In this document: piece after piece, positions 34,915-48,049 of the stretch
Position numbering within the stretch: the stretch's first letter is position 1
Layout of the letters: each line of letters starts with the position of its first letter
Made by a program: the position numbers and the translations under genes
DNA from: Antechinus flavipes
Taxonomy: Eukaryota
Direction of reading: 5' to 3'
Assembly: GCF_016432865.1 (NCBI RefSeq)
Contig: NC_067398.1
Coordinates: 55,490,001-55,554,000 of the forward strand
DNA length: 64,000 nucleotides
The notes under the pieces: generated by a model
What the model saw: the letters and a program-made list of their open reading frames with translations, nothing else
The model's database searches: none
Told to the model about the DNA's origin: nothing

Positions 34915-35460
34915 GGACAAGGCCTTAAACCAAAACCAATCTGATTCTTATTAACCATTAATAGATCCTAGGACCAAGCCCCATTTGGTCATTTTTTGGC
35001 TCCTGATTAACTCAGATTAAATGTAAATAGCTATCATTTCTGTTTTGGCCAGAAACCCTAAGGATCTTCCCCTTCCAGATTTATTTATTTTTTAGAGGTT
35101 TTTTTTTTTTTTTGGGGGGGGGTTAGGGGGGTGGGAAGGAGGCAGGGGAAAACCAGGTGAAAGAGGAGATTCTTTGCCTCAATGGCCACCTAACCCTAAT
35201 TACTGACCGGGTGCAGCTTCAGTCAAACTGAGACTGTTGAAGACTTCAGCTTAAAATAGCCAACTTCTCCCATTGTATCCATGGTTATCTCCAATAGTTT
35301 TGATCTATATCAGGCCACTGGACCCAGATGTCTCTGAAGGGGAAAGTGAGGTAGATGACCTTACACAGCACTCCTTCATTTAAATCCAACTCATTTGCAT
35401 GTCATGATATCACCTTCTTGATGTTATGATCTTCTTCAAGAACAAAAGTCAAACAACATT
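34915..35460 (-). mobile_element. RTE-derived SINE (WALLSI-like)
   Basis: ggccagaaaccctaagg...cagtcaaactgagac...ccactggacccagatg...caagaacaaaagtcaaacaaca. Confidence 0.65.
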
Positions 35461-36663
35461 TACCTCCAAAGAACTAATGTTGATTGAATATACACTGAAC
35501 AATACTATTTTTCATTTTCTTTCATTTTTCTTATATAAAATGACTCTATGGAAATATCTTATATAACTGCATATGTATAACTTATATCTGATTGTTTACT
35601 GTCTCAGGGAAGAGGAGGAGAGGGAGGGCTAGAATTTGGATAGAAAATTTTAAATAAAAATATTTTTTAAAACTTTTTAATGAGCTGGAGAAGTTAATAC
35701 CGAACAACTCTGCTATCTTTGCCAAGAAAACATCAAATGGGGTCCCAAACAGTCAGGCACAAATGAACAACAACAACTTTGTTTTTTTTTTATTTTTCCC
35801 CAATTATATGTTGAAATATTTTTAACATTTGTTTATTATTTTTTAATATTTTGAATTCAAAATTCTATCACCCCCCCCATCTTCCCCCACCCTCCAATCA
35901 ATAATTTGATATAGGTTACACATGTTCAGCAACTCAGTTTTTAAAAAATTTTAGAAGATGTTTGTTGAATAATATGGAAATGTTTTGCATGACTTTATAT
36001 GTATAATTGATATCATATTCTTGCCTTCTCAGTGGGTGAGAAAGGGACTAAAGAGAGAGAATTTGGAATTCAAAATGTAAAAAAAAAATGTTATAAATAA
36101 ATTGAAAGATAGACAACTTGTTTGTTGAATTGAATTCTTGGGAAGGAACTGGAAAGTTGCCCTGCTTCATCCATTTAAGTATCAAAATATTCTTATTGAC
36201 TCTCCTCATGTTTGACATGGACAGTGGGACAATGAATACTCACATGAATCAACTGTGGTCTAATTCCCCATTATTTACACATTGAGCAATTCTGTTCACC
36301 ACAGACAGAGTGATGCAAATGAAACTTTGAAAACTATTGAGTCATTTCCAGTCCCTGAAAATAAACAAGGAAAAACCAGAAGCAAAGGTTATTGTGCACA
36401 AATGTGTATTTAAAAAATTCAGGTGGAAAACTACTTTGATAGACCTGGACAAGTATACTGATAGTAAGGCGACTCTATGCCCCAGAGCAAGCACCAATAT
36501 CAGTCATAATCCAAATGATATCTGGAAGAGAAAGAAATATAGAGACACAATAGCTCTTGATAGCTGCTTTCCCTGATCACTGGCAAAGGCTCTGGGATCT
36601 TATCCAAGTCTCCCCTGTTTCGTACCTCAGTGGCTTCATATATAACAGAAAAGTGGACTAGAT

Positions 36664-36845
36664 TGGAGGTTCTTAACCTTTTTATGTGTTTTGGACCTTT
36701 TTGGCAATCTAATAAAGCTTATGGATCCTTTCTCAGGATAAAACGTTTATTTGCATAAAATAAATTGAACAAAGTCACTAGAGAACTAATCATATTTAAG
36801 TGTTTTTTTTTTTTTAATTCATGGACTTCAGATTAAGAAGCCTCT
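36664..36845. mobile_element. Old hAT-Charlie-type MITE
   Basis: Termini ggaggttcttaacc ... agattaagaagcctc; related to 7402-7631. Confidence 0.55.
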
Positions 36846-37568
36846 CTTAGTTGTAAGAACTATAAGTCTATAATTTAAGATAGCTGCAGTTGTGTCCTTT
36901 TCCATGTGCCATTATTTGGGTTAGTCCCCTCTCTTCTACTAAATCAATTTTGTCCAAAGATTACAAGTTTATCATTAGTCTTACATTCACCAGGAATAAT
37001 AATTACTGAATAATAATTACTCTTTCTACTTCTTAAAAACCTTAACTAAATGCTGTCTCTGCACATTGAAATGACAGGTGCAATCATTTTCAAAGTCTTC
37101 ATAAGCTTCCTTGGATTCCATTACTCTGCTGTTTCGCCTTCTATTTTCTCCCACTATTCCTCTCTCTTTATTTCTCCTACTCTCAGACCACCCACAGAAG
37201 GTGAGGGATATGGGACTTATCTGATGCAGAACAAGAATATTTATTCCTGATTCCCTAAGCCATCCTCCTAGCCAAAGATAACCTTTTCAATCTATGAAAC
37301 AATATCCCTGTTCTCATTTCTGCATACAATCTAAAATCTCCTGAGTTTCATTATCCTCTCTGGAGCTTACCTGCACAGCAGCAAATTGGTCCTGTGTTGC
37401 CATGGAAACTCAGGAGATACCAGATAGTATGAGAAATGAAGAGTGGAAAACTAGGTGAATCTTTCAGGTTAGTCCACTTGACAAGTCCCTTCTACAGAAA
37501 TATGAAATCTAGCCAAACATGACCTCTGGAGTTGAGGAGTGAGGAAGAATTCCACTCACAATTGGAGC

Positions 37569-38260
37569 NNNNNNNNNNNNNNNNNNNNNNNNNNNNNNNN
37601 NNNNNNNNNNNNNNNNNNNNNNNNNNNNNNNNNNNNNNNNNNNNNNNNNNNNNNNNNNNNNNNNNNNNNNNNNNNNNNNNNNNNNNNNNNNNNNNNNNNN
37701 NNNNNNNNNNNNNNNNNNNNNNNNNNNNNNNNNNNNNNNNNNNNNNNNNNNNNNNNNNNNNNNNNNNNNNNNNNNNNNNNNNNNNNNNNNNNNNNNNNNN
37801 NNNNNNNNNNNNNNNNNNNNNNNNNNNNNNNNNNNNNNNNNNNNNNNNNNNNNNNNNNNNNNNNNNNNNNNNNNNNNNNNNNNNNNNNNNNNNNNNNNNN
37901 NNNNNNNNNNNNNNNNNNNNNNNNNNNNNNNNNNNNNNNNNNNNNNNNNNNNNNNNNNNNNNNNNNNNNNNNNNNNNNNNNNNNNNNNNNNNNNNNNNNN
38001 NNNNNNNNNNNNNNNNNNNNNNNNNNNNNNNNNNNNNNNNNNNNNNNNNNNNNNNNNNNNNNNNNNNNNNNNNNNNNNNNNNNNNNNNNNNNNNNNNNNN
38101 NNNNNNNNNNNNNNNNNNNNNNNNNNNNNNNNNNNNNNNNNNNNNNNNNNNNNNNNNNNNNNNNNNNNNNNNNNNNNNNNNNNNNNNNNNNNNNNNNNNN
38201 NNNNNNNNNNNNNNNNNNNNNNNNNNNNNNNNNNNNNNNNNNNNNNNNNNNNNNNNNNNN
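37569..38260. other. Assembly gap (largest); other N runs at ~711-979, 9313-9461, 22154-22595, 45896-46119, 46405-46595, 47680-47862
   Basis: Runs of N, mostly abutting simple repeats. Confidence 0.99.
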
Positions 38261-41200
38261 AAAAAACAGCTTGCTTTCCACATTGCTCTTCAACTCTGGT
38301 CCCAGCTTGGATAGATTGTCCAGTGTCTGGAACACTGCAGGTACTTAATAAATGTTGATTGATTAGTCAAGATCCTAAGTTACCTTCTACTTCCAAAAGA
38401 ATGTAAATTCTTCAAAGGTAGGGACTATATCAATTTTTGTCTTTATACTCTCAGATTGAAATTTACTTAGCACATAGTAGATATTTAATAACTGCTTGGT
38501 GTCTGTGAATGATTCTGGCTGCTAAATACCCTCTCACTGTTTTAATCTTCTCACAGTAAAATACCGACCTTCTGCGCTAATGGCTATTTTTTTTTCTTTA
38601 CCCAGTCACCTATAACTTCCCTCTAAGCTCATTTCAATCCCTCCCACAATGACTTTTTGGTGCTTTCTGGCATCATTTGTGCAGCTGAAGCTTTGTAGAT
38701 GTCCCTTGAGGCACCCTAGTTACATATAGTTTCTAAGATTTTACTATCAGAAATTTCAGGGCATACAATGGCATCTTCTGTTTGAAGAGTTGGTTTATAA
38801 GAGCAATATTAATGACTAAATGCCTACTGAAATAATCCAGGAAGGACTAGAAGCATTCTTCCTGAAGAGTACTCAAAGGTGAAGAAAGTAGAGTTATAAA
38901 GGAGAAAAAAACATTGCTTTGAGGACCTGAATTCAAATCCTCTCAATGCTATTTGCTACCTATATGACTTTGGACAGATCCCTTTATCTATCTGAGGTTC
39001 AATCTCTTCATAATATGAGAGAGATTGGATTACATGGTTTCTGATATTCCTGATAGCCACATATCTATGATTCCAACGAGCATCAAGATCCATTCATTCA
39101 TATTATTGTTTGACATAACATTTTTTTGACATGAAAAAGAAACTTGCCCTAAGGAAAAGAAGGACTTTTTGACCCTCAGAAAAACATATGCATTGTTGAT
39201 GAACTGGTGAAAATGAACACAGGTAATGAGTTCTTCCAAAATTAGTGTAAATAATATTCCTAGATGGAGCAATAGAGAATCTAAGGACTCTGGGTAGCAT
39301 CTCAGCTCTTCTGCTTCTGACTTGAGTGAATATCACTTGGTCTCATCACTTGGACAAATATCACTGGTCTCAGTGTTTTTCAACTGTAAAATGAGAACAC
39401 TGGATGAGAGAATATTTAAGTCTTCTCCAACTTCTAAATCTATGATCACATTGAAGAGAAATAATCTTGAGAAGGAAACAACTAAGAGAAAATGAGGGTT
39501 TTTTGTAGCTGTCAGATGTAGATGTGAATTCTTCTTCTCTGTGAGATGAAATATCCTTACTTCTTTGTCCTTGATCCCACAACTTATGTTTGGGGGAACA
39601 ATCAGGGAAATATAGGGAAATACTAAAGCACAGAGATAATAGGAATTTATTATATTTTCCCAAAAAGTCTGCTTCAGTTGACTGTGTCTCCAACAGCAGC
39701 AGCACCATTGGTCTGGGTTACAATCTTCAAAACTTTGGCTATTAGCTTTGGTTCTTCTTACTCCTATATTCAGTTAATGGGAAAAGTCCTACCAATTCTA
39801 AAACTAGGATCTCTCTCTCAAATCCATGTCCCTCCCTGCTCCCTACCCAAATTAGGAGAATTAGGCTGTATAATAAGTACTAAAGTCCTAGATTTGGAAT
39901 CAGGAAGACATGAATTCAAATCCTGGTTTAGATATTTGTGAATTGTGTGAATCTGTATGTCACTTACTTTCTCTCAGCTTTAGTTTCCTCATTTGTAAAA
40001 TTGGGGTAATAATAACACCTACTGCACATAACTGTTATAAAGATCAACTGAAATAACATCTAAAGTGTATTAAAATCCTTATAATGCTATATCAATACTA
40101 GCCATTAATGATTCCATCGATGTCATCTAACATGGGCCCTTGTTAATGTTAGGTCCTCCTGCCCCAGTCTGGGGCAATAGCACTTAAGTAGCTTGCAATT
40201 CATGCACTATTTTTCATAAATATTTTCTATGTTCTATCTCCTCCTACTAGAATATAAATTCTGGGAGGGCCTTGAATGTGGCATCTAAATGCTATACTTC
40301 TCTCATAATTTAATCCAACATAGTGTCTTGCATACAGTGATTGCTTAGTAAAAGTTTCATTAAACTGGTAAAAAGAAAAAAAGTTTGGGTTTTGAGGAAG
40401 GGCTGGAATTTTAAAAAAATAATGATGATTTAAGAGATGATAAAAGATTTAATAAAGGCAAGGAATAAGGATTTACATAATTAATTTGATCAATAGGCAT
40501 TAGGGAGTCACTGAGGCCTCGGTTATCTCACAATAACTAGGTGAGGCTTATAGGAAAAGCCTTAAGTCCATTTTACAGAAGACTAAACTGAACTCCAGGA
40601 GTTAATAAGTAACCAAGTTCCTATAAGTCTTAAACTAATGAAAATAAATCATCCACAGAGTAAAATGCCTCTTCCCCACCACCTTCACCCAAACCCCCCC
40701 CCCAAACCCTTAAAAGTTTATTGTTCTTTTATTTAAAATTTAAAAAGCCAAAGATAATGTGATGATTTGAGACTATAAGTCTTGTAGGGGGGTGTTGATT
40801 GAATTAATCCTTGCACCCCATTTAAGCCTTCTTTTTTTTATATAAGTAAGAATATATATATCAGTTGCATGGCTCGAATCAAAGGTGTGAGCTAGGTACA
40901 AATATGGCCTAAAGTTCCTTAATGAATTAATCAAAGGTTTTATACAAGGTAGAGGACAATTTTCTTGATCAATTTGGAAGGAGTCAGTGAATCAGTCAGT
41001 CAATAAACATTTGTTAAGCATCTACTATGCAATAGGAACTGTGCTGAATGATTATTGGATTTTATAAAATGACACCAAATAAGATTATTTGGATCCACTG
41101 AGGAGAATGATAACATTCTATAACATAGTAGGACAGTACATGAAAACCAGGATTCTATCATATGTATGTGGGTGAGAAGCCTTCTGGCCAAGCCCCTAAG

Positions 41201-43614
41201 ATAAATCATTTGGGAGGAAGGATGCATGGGAAAGTAGCAGAAAGTTTCACCCTTACCTCCCTCTGCATCCCTCATATATTTCATAAACTTCAGAAGGCAA
41301 GAGAATTAGACTTTTTAGCATCAGCATCAGCACCTTGGAACAACAGTAGCTTGCATCAGTGACTGTATCAGAACAGAATCAGGGACATATGAGACACTGA
41401 AAAAGGGCATCTTCACAACTCAATAAGGGGTCTGACAGAAGCCATGCCATATGTAAAGGGAATTTCATAAGATGCCCACAAAGGAGAGAAAGGGCATCCA
41501 GCAAGGAGAAAGCTTTGAATCATCCCTTTGCCATAAAGTACTCCAACCTTGTACCCACTTTCCCCTGGATTCCATATGTTACAAGCTTGGGGGGGAGATG
41601 GGAGAGATAACTAACTATAGTAATAGTAAATATCCATTTCTAAAAATGATTTAAATCAGGCTAATAGATATCACTCGTACTCAGAGAGGAGGGCACATTT
41701 ATGAACTAGAGAACAAGAAAATACCACCCCCAGAGCTGCTTCTAGACTGAAGGGATAATTAGGAGCTGAGCACTTGAGACCCCATCTGCCAGCACAAGTC
41801 AGGGTTCCGAAAATAATTCCACATCTTGTGCTCCACAGGATAATAAAATTTCAGACTAGAAGGAACCTTGGAGATTATCTCATGCAAATACTTTATTTCA
41901 CAAAGGAGGAAACTGACTAGCCTAAAGTCACATATCTAATCGGAAACAGAGCCAAGATTTCAAAACAAGACCTGACTCCAGATAATCTTTCCACTAAATG
42001 TGAGGTAAATGTGCGTCTTTCCATACCATTTCATGACCCTGATTTGTCAGATCTGTTTGACCTTTTTTCTTTTACAATTTCAGGAATATCTAGACATTGG
42101 ACTATAAATAATCAGAATAATAACTTCTAAGGTTTTTCTATTTACATCTAAAGAAATGCTAAATTGTGCTTAACAAATTGTTTTAGCTCCCATTGTCAGC
42201 CAATGGTATTGTTGAAATCAGACAGGAAGTTGGGGAAATTCATACACAGCTGCATTCCTGATTGACTTTCCTTTTCTAATATGTCCTTAGAATTCTCCTC
42301 TCACCTGTGGGGGTAAAAGGGTAGGGGAGGAATATGGGAGTGGTCAAAGGAAAGGAGAAGAGGAAAAGAATGAGAAAACTAATAACTTATATTCCTAAAG
42401 GGTTAGTCTGATTATTGTTTCTACAGTAAAAGACAAAAATATTAGTGCTGTTTTAAGCAATTAAACCAGCACTAAGTCTTTGGGGGCTTACTGTATAAAC
42501 TACTGTTAAGCTTTTTTAGGCCCTTTTATTAATCCAGCTCCAAACCAACTCTCCTTCACATACCTTACATTCCAAGAAAATGCATTTACAATCTATCTCC
42601 CATACACAATATTCCGTCTCCCTTTTCTAAAGAAGCTATTCTCATGCCTAAAATATGATAGTTCTCTCTCCATCCTCTACAAAATGCAACTCAGATGCCA
42701 TTTCCTAGTGGAGGCTTTCACTGATCTCCCAGATTGACAACATTCTGTCCCACAAATGATATTGTATTTACTCTGCAAATATTTTGTAGCTAGCTAGCTG
42801 AATAGATATTGTTTTCTCCCAGAAGAATGTAAGCTTCTTTTAGCCAATTACAGCATGATTTTTGTCTTTATATTCCTAGTAGTGTCTAGCACATAATAGG
42901 TACTTTAAAAACTCCAGTACTCCAAGGGATCTATGATCCTCAAGATGGTGAGAACCTCAAGATGCTCCAGTGGTAAAAGACATTGACTATTAGTTGTATT
43001 AAGACCGTATTAAGACTGACATCAGTGTAGGAATTAGTGTTTGATTCTTCCATGAGGCAGTTAGGTAGCACAATGGATAGACTACTGGACCTGGAGTCTG
43101 GAAGATTCATCTCTGTGAGTTCAAATTTGGCCTCAGGCACTTATTAGTTGTATGATCCTGGACAAGTCATTATTTGCCTCAGTTTTCTCATCTGTAAAAG
43201 ATGGTAGGAAATGGTACACCACTTTAGTATCTGCTAAGAAAACCCTCAATGGTGCTATAAAGAGTCAGGCTGTAACTAAACAACAGCTTCCATATAGTAG
43301 GCTGTGAAAGTTCATTTCTATGCAAAAGATAAATTTGTTGTAAACACACAAAAATTATCAATGCATCCCTGATTCTAGCATTTGCAACATTTGTGATTCT
43401 GGACAAGTTACTGTGGCTCAAGAAGTCTCAGTTTTCTAATTTGTAAAATTAGAGGGTCTGATGAAATTATTACTCAAATCTCCTCTAGCTCCAACTCCCA
43501 TAATTCAATCTTATTTATAAGGCTTTTGCCCAAATCTTTAATGTGCCTTTTAAAAAATGGGAAAAACAAGTTTAATGCTTAATAAATCAAATATAGATGT
43601 GCTTAATGGATACT

Positions 43615-45050
43615 TTTTTTAAAATAATAGCTTTTTATTTTCAAAACATTTGCAAAGATAGTTTTCAATATTCACCCTTGCAAAACCTTGTGTTCCAATT
43701 TTTTTTCTTGCTTCCTACCTTAGACAACAAGTAATTCAATAAATATTAAACATGTGCAATTTTTCTATATATATTTCCACATTTATTACACTGCACAAGA
43801 AAAGTCAGATCAAAAAGGAAAAAAATGAGAAAGAAAACAAAAAGCAAGCAAACAACAAAAAAGGTGAAAATGCTGTCTTGTGATGCATACTCAGTCCCCA
43901 TAGTCCTCTCTTTGGGTGCAGATGGCTCTCTTCATCACAAGTCTATTAGAACTGGCCTGAACCCTTTCCATAGTGGCAAGAAACTAGAAACTGAGTGGAT
44001 ACCCATCAGTTGGGGAATGCTGTATAAGTTATGGTATAGAAATGTTATGGAATATTATTGTTCTATAAGAAACGACCAGGAAGATGATTTTAAAAGGGCC
44101 TGGAGAGACTTACATGAACTGATGCTGAGTGAAATGAGAAGAGCTAGGAGATCATTGTATACGACAACATCAATATTATACGACAATCAATTCTGATGAA
44201 CATGACTCTTTCCAACAATGAGATGATTGATGCCAGTTCCAATGATCTTGTGATGAAGAGAGCCATCTACACCCAGAGAGAGGACTATGGGAACTGAATG
44301 TGGATCACAACATAAAATTCTCACTCTTTTTGTTGTTATTCATTTGAATTTAGTTTTCTTACTCATTTTCTTTCTTTTTTGATCTGATTTTTCTTGTGCA
44401 GCAAAAAAATTGTATAAATGTTTACACATATTGGATTTAACATATATTTTAATATGTATAACATATATTGGATTGCTTGCCATCTAGGGAAGGGGATGGA
44501 GGGAAGGAGGAAAAAAATCTGAAACACAAGGCAATTTTGAAAAATTATCCATGCATATGTTTTGAAAATAAAAAGCTTTAAAACAAAAGGAATTGTCTTG
44601 AACTTTCTCATTGTTGAAAAGAGCTACATCCATCAGAGTTGATCATAATCTTGTTGTTGCTGTGTATAATGATCTTCTGGTTCTGCTCATTTCACTTAAC
44701 ATCAGTTCATATAAGTCCCTCCAGGCCTCTCTGAAATCATTTTGCTGATGGTTTCTTACAGAACAATAATATTCCATAACATTCACATGCCATAATTTAT
44801 TCAGCCATTCTCCAACTGATGGGCATCCACTCAGTTTCCATTTCTTGCCACTACAAAAAGGGCTGTCATAAACATTTTTGCACATGTGGGTCCCTTTCCC
44901 TCCTTTAAGATTTCTTTGGGATCCAGGTCCACTAGAGACACTGCTGGATCAAAGAGTATGCACAATTTGAAAGCCCTTTGGGCATAGTTCCAAATTGTTC
45001 TCCAGAATAGCTGGATAAGTTTACAATTTTACAACAATGTGTTAGTGTCA
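43615..45050 (-). mobile_element. L1 3' fragment (minus) interrupted by a plus-strand L1 3' end at ~43963-44589
   Basis: Minus-strand L1 3'UTR/ORF2-end on both flanks; plus-strand copy ending in an A-rich tail between degenerate direct repeats at 43949-43962 and 44590-44603. Confidence 0.85.
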
Positions 45051-47059
45051 ATGGATATATTTTAGAAGAGCATTCTTTTTACAGACAGCAGTGTCTTGTA
45101 ACTAATTTTCAAAAGAAAAAAAATCCAAGTTATTGACAATCACTCAATTAGTGAGAATAGGAGGTAGTATTGGAAGGACAGGTTAATTAAAAAAAAAATA
45201 CTTGTGAGGAAAATGCAAGTACTTATGGGAGGATTAACAAAACAACAATAAAGAAAATAGGAAGATCAGTTTAAATACTTAGCCAAATAAAATGCAGAAG
45301 AGATAGATGAATATATTTTAGGAGAGTAGTCTAACAGGCAGGATGACATAGTAAAAAGATTGCAGCCTCAGATCTGAGATGACCTAGGTTCAAGTCCCCA
45401 TTCCTGACCTACCCTGATTATGTGACCTTGAACAATCCTTTGTATTTCTCAGTATTTGGAACTGCTCTCAATTTGGAGAGAAGGCCCTGACCTGTTTTGG
45501 TTGAGAGTTTTTTCACTCAAGGAATTCCCTATACCAGTGAAATCATAGGTCTCTATCCCTATTTATTCATCAATGCTGAACCTACAATAATAATAATCAT
45601 TGGTAGATAAAACTATCCATAGAAACATAGATTTAGAACTGGAGGGGACCATAGAAATGACCTAATCCAACCTTTTCATCTTACAGATGAGAAAGCTGAG
45701 GCCCAGACAATTTAAGTAACTTGTCTAAAGTTACATAAGTCACAAGTAGTAAGGATGGCTTTTGAACCTTTGCCCTCTGACTCCAAATTTATTGATCTTT
45801 CTATTGAACCATACTGCCTCTAGTTACATACAGTTTGTATTCTCTCAATAATTATGTTATTTAATCCCAATATGTTCATGTTAGTTAACACTAGANNNNN
45901 NNNNNNNNNNNNNNNNNNNNNNNNNNNNNNNNNNNNNNNNNNNNNNNNNNNNNNNNNNNNNNNNNNNNNNNNNNNNNNNNNNNNNNNNNNNNNNNNNNNN
46001 NNNNNNNNNNNNNNNNNNNNNNNNNNNNNNNNNNNNNNNNNNNNNNNNNNNNNNNNNNNNNNNNNNNNNNNNNNNNNNNNNNNNNNNNNNNNNNNNNNNN
46101 NNNNNNNNNNNNNNNNNNNTATAGTTGGTGATGAAGCCAAGTATTTGGCAGTGGTAATAGGAAGAGAAAGGAAACGACTGGTGTGACAGAAATAGAATTA
46201 ATAAAATCTGGCAGTTCATTAGTCTTCTGAGGTAAAGGAAAGGGGAAGAGTCAAAACTCATGTTGAAGTTTGGGGTGTAGGTAGCTAAGTAAATGGGGAT
46301 GCTACCAACAAAGACAGATTTGGTGGTAAATATAGTCATCTTGGCTTTAGACATGATGAAGGTAAGTGATCACTGGGAGAAAAAGGGGGAGAGAAAGAAA
46401 AACGNNNNNNNNNNNNNNNNNNNNNNNNNNNNNNNNNNNNNNNNNNNNNNNNNNNNNNNNNNNNNNNNNNNNNNNNNNNNNNNNNNNNNNNNNNNNNNNN
46501 NNNNNNNNNNNNNNNNNNNNNNNNNNNNNNNNNNNNNNNNNNNNNNNNNNNNNNNNNNNNNNNNNNNNNNNNNNNNNNNNNNNNNNNNNNNNNNNGGAGA
46601 TTTAGAAAAAAGGGCTAAAGAAATGTTCATTTGAATATAAACGATCTTGAATACCCATGTAGGCTGAATTTGAATTAGTAGGCAATGAGGAGCCACCAAT
46701 TTGCAAAGTATTCAAGTTAGAGGAAAAGCAGAGGCAGCAAATGTGGCCAGTTTTGATTTGATCTGGTTTAGTTTTCCCTAGGGTTTGACTGAAAATGGAA
46801 GAGATATAGAATGGCAGTTTGAGGGGATCATAAGGTTATATGTCTATGAAACCTGGACAGTTTATCAGGGCCATGACACGAAACTGAATCATTTCCATTT
46901 TAATTGTTTAGGAAGATTCTAAAGATCATCTGGCAAGTTAAGGTATGGGACATTAAGGTAAACTGCCAATCATTCAAACTTTACTGTAAAAGGTGCAGCT
47001 CCCATGAGCTGGCCACATTATTCCAAGCTCAAACTTAACATTTGCCTAAAAGATTATTT

Positions 47060-47260
47060 TACAGAAAACTTCCACAAGGCAAATGTTCACATGGAATCAG
47101 AAGAAGCAATACAAGGACACTTTCAAAGTCTCTCTGAAGAATTTTGGAATCGATTGCTGGACATGAGAGACAGTGGCACAGAACTATCCAACAAACATGG
47201 TGTACCCAAATCAAAGAAGGCGCTGTGGATCTATGGGCAAAGCAGAATTACAGCATCTGA
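47060..47260 (+). mobile_element. RTE-clade LINE ORF C-terminal fragment
   Basis: An alternative frame reads QKKQYKDTFKVSLKNFGIDCWT*ETVAQ, matching the RTE C-terminal motif (QKKRYKDTLK.SLK.FGI...WE.LAQDR). Confidence 0.75.
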
Positions 47261-47442
47261 TCAGTCACAGATGAACACACTGTACCTTGACCTCATAATG
47301 TAATGTTATTTTGGCCCTCTCACATTTTCCACTAATCTCTGAGCAATCTTTTACATTACCCGGGTAGTTTTTATTTCTTCAAGGACAGAGCTATGGCCTA
47401 ATCTATGTTTAACCTTTACATGGTAAGCTCCTGGAGGGCAGG

Positions 47443-47446
<4 letters not shown>

Positions 47447-47516
<70 letters not shown>
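47447..47516. repeat. (TC)n microsatellite
   Basis: Directly visible perfect dinucleotide run. Confidence 0.95.
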
Positions 47517-47518
<2 letters not shown>

Positions 47519-48049
47519 CGCAGCATATAAGGTATGCTTATTAAATATTACTGAATGAATTCGTGCTTATACTTTGGTGCAGGCATTCTGCTAGGAGAAA
47601 GGAGGCTGTGACTCCCACTACTGTGGTTCCCAGGAAGAAAGCTAGCACAGGGAAGACAGAAGTTCCCCTACCGAGGTTCNNNNNNNNNNNNNNNNNNNNN
47701 NNNNNNNNNNNNNNNNNNNNNNNNNNNNNNNNNNNNNNNNNNNNNNNNNNNNNNNNNNNNNNNNNNNNNNNNNNNNNNNNNNNNNNNNNNNNNNNNNNNN
47801 NNNNNNNNNNNNNNNNNNNNNNNNNNNNNNNNNNNNNNNNNNNNNNNNNNNNNNNNNNNNNNNTATTTATTATAATAATTAATATATTATAAATTATTAT
47901 TATATTAGTATCATTATATTATAATATGATATAGTTATTAATAATATTAATATATTATCTGTTATATATATATATATTTAACAGATAATTATAAAGGAAA
48001 CCATATATAGGGGGTAACCTTTACAATCCTCTGTATTGTATTTTCTGCA

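Noticed and set aside
35113-35150. G-quadruplex / telomere-like GGTTAGGG tract
   Set aside because: Lies in the low-complexity middle of a SINE copy, with a single TTAGGG unit
37187-37200. Plus-strand 14-nt micro-exon (long pyrimidine tract, cag|ACCACCCACAGAAG|gtgagg)
   Set aside because: The motifs are good but it has no partner exons or frame logic, so it cannot be supported without reads
47004-47303. 99-aa ORF as a novel small protein
   Set aside because: It overlaps an RTE LINE relic encoded in another frame
332-47892. Long ORFs in the track that span N gaps or simple repeats (e.g. 332-1057, 2744-3218, 21941-22744, 24680-25090, 37492-38348, 45820-46699, 47563-47892)
   Set aside because: Artefacts of N runs and CT/AG/CA repeats, which lack stop codons; no protein similarity
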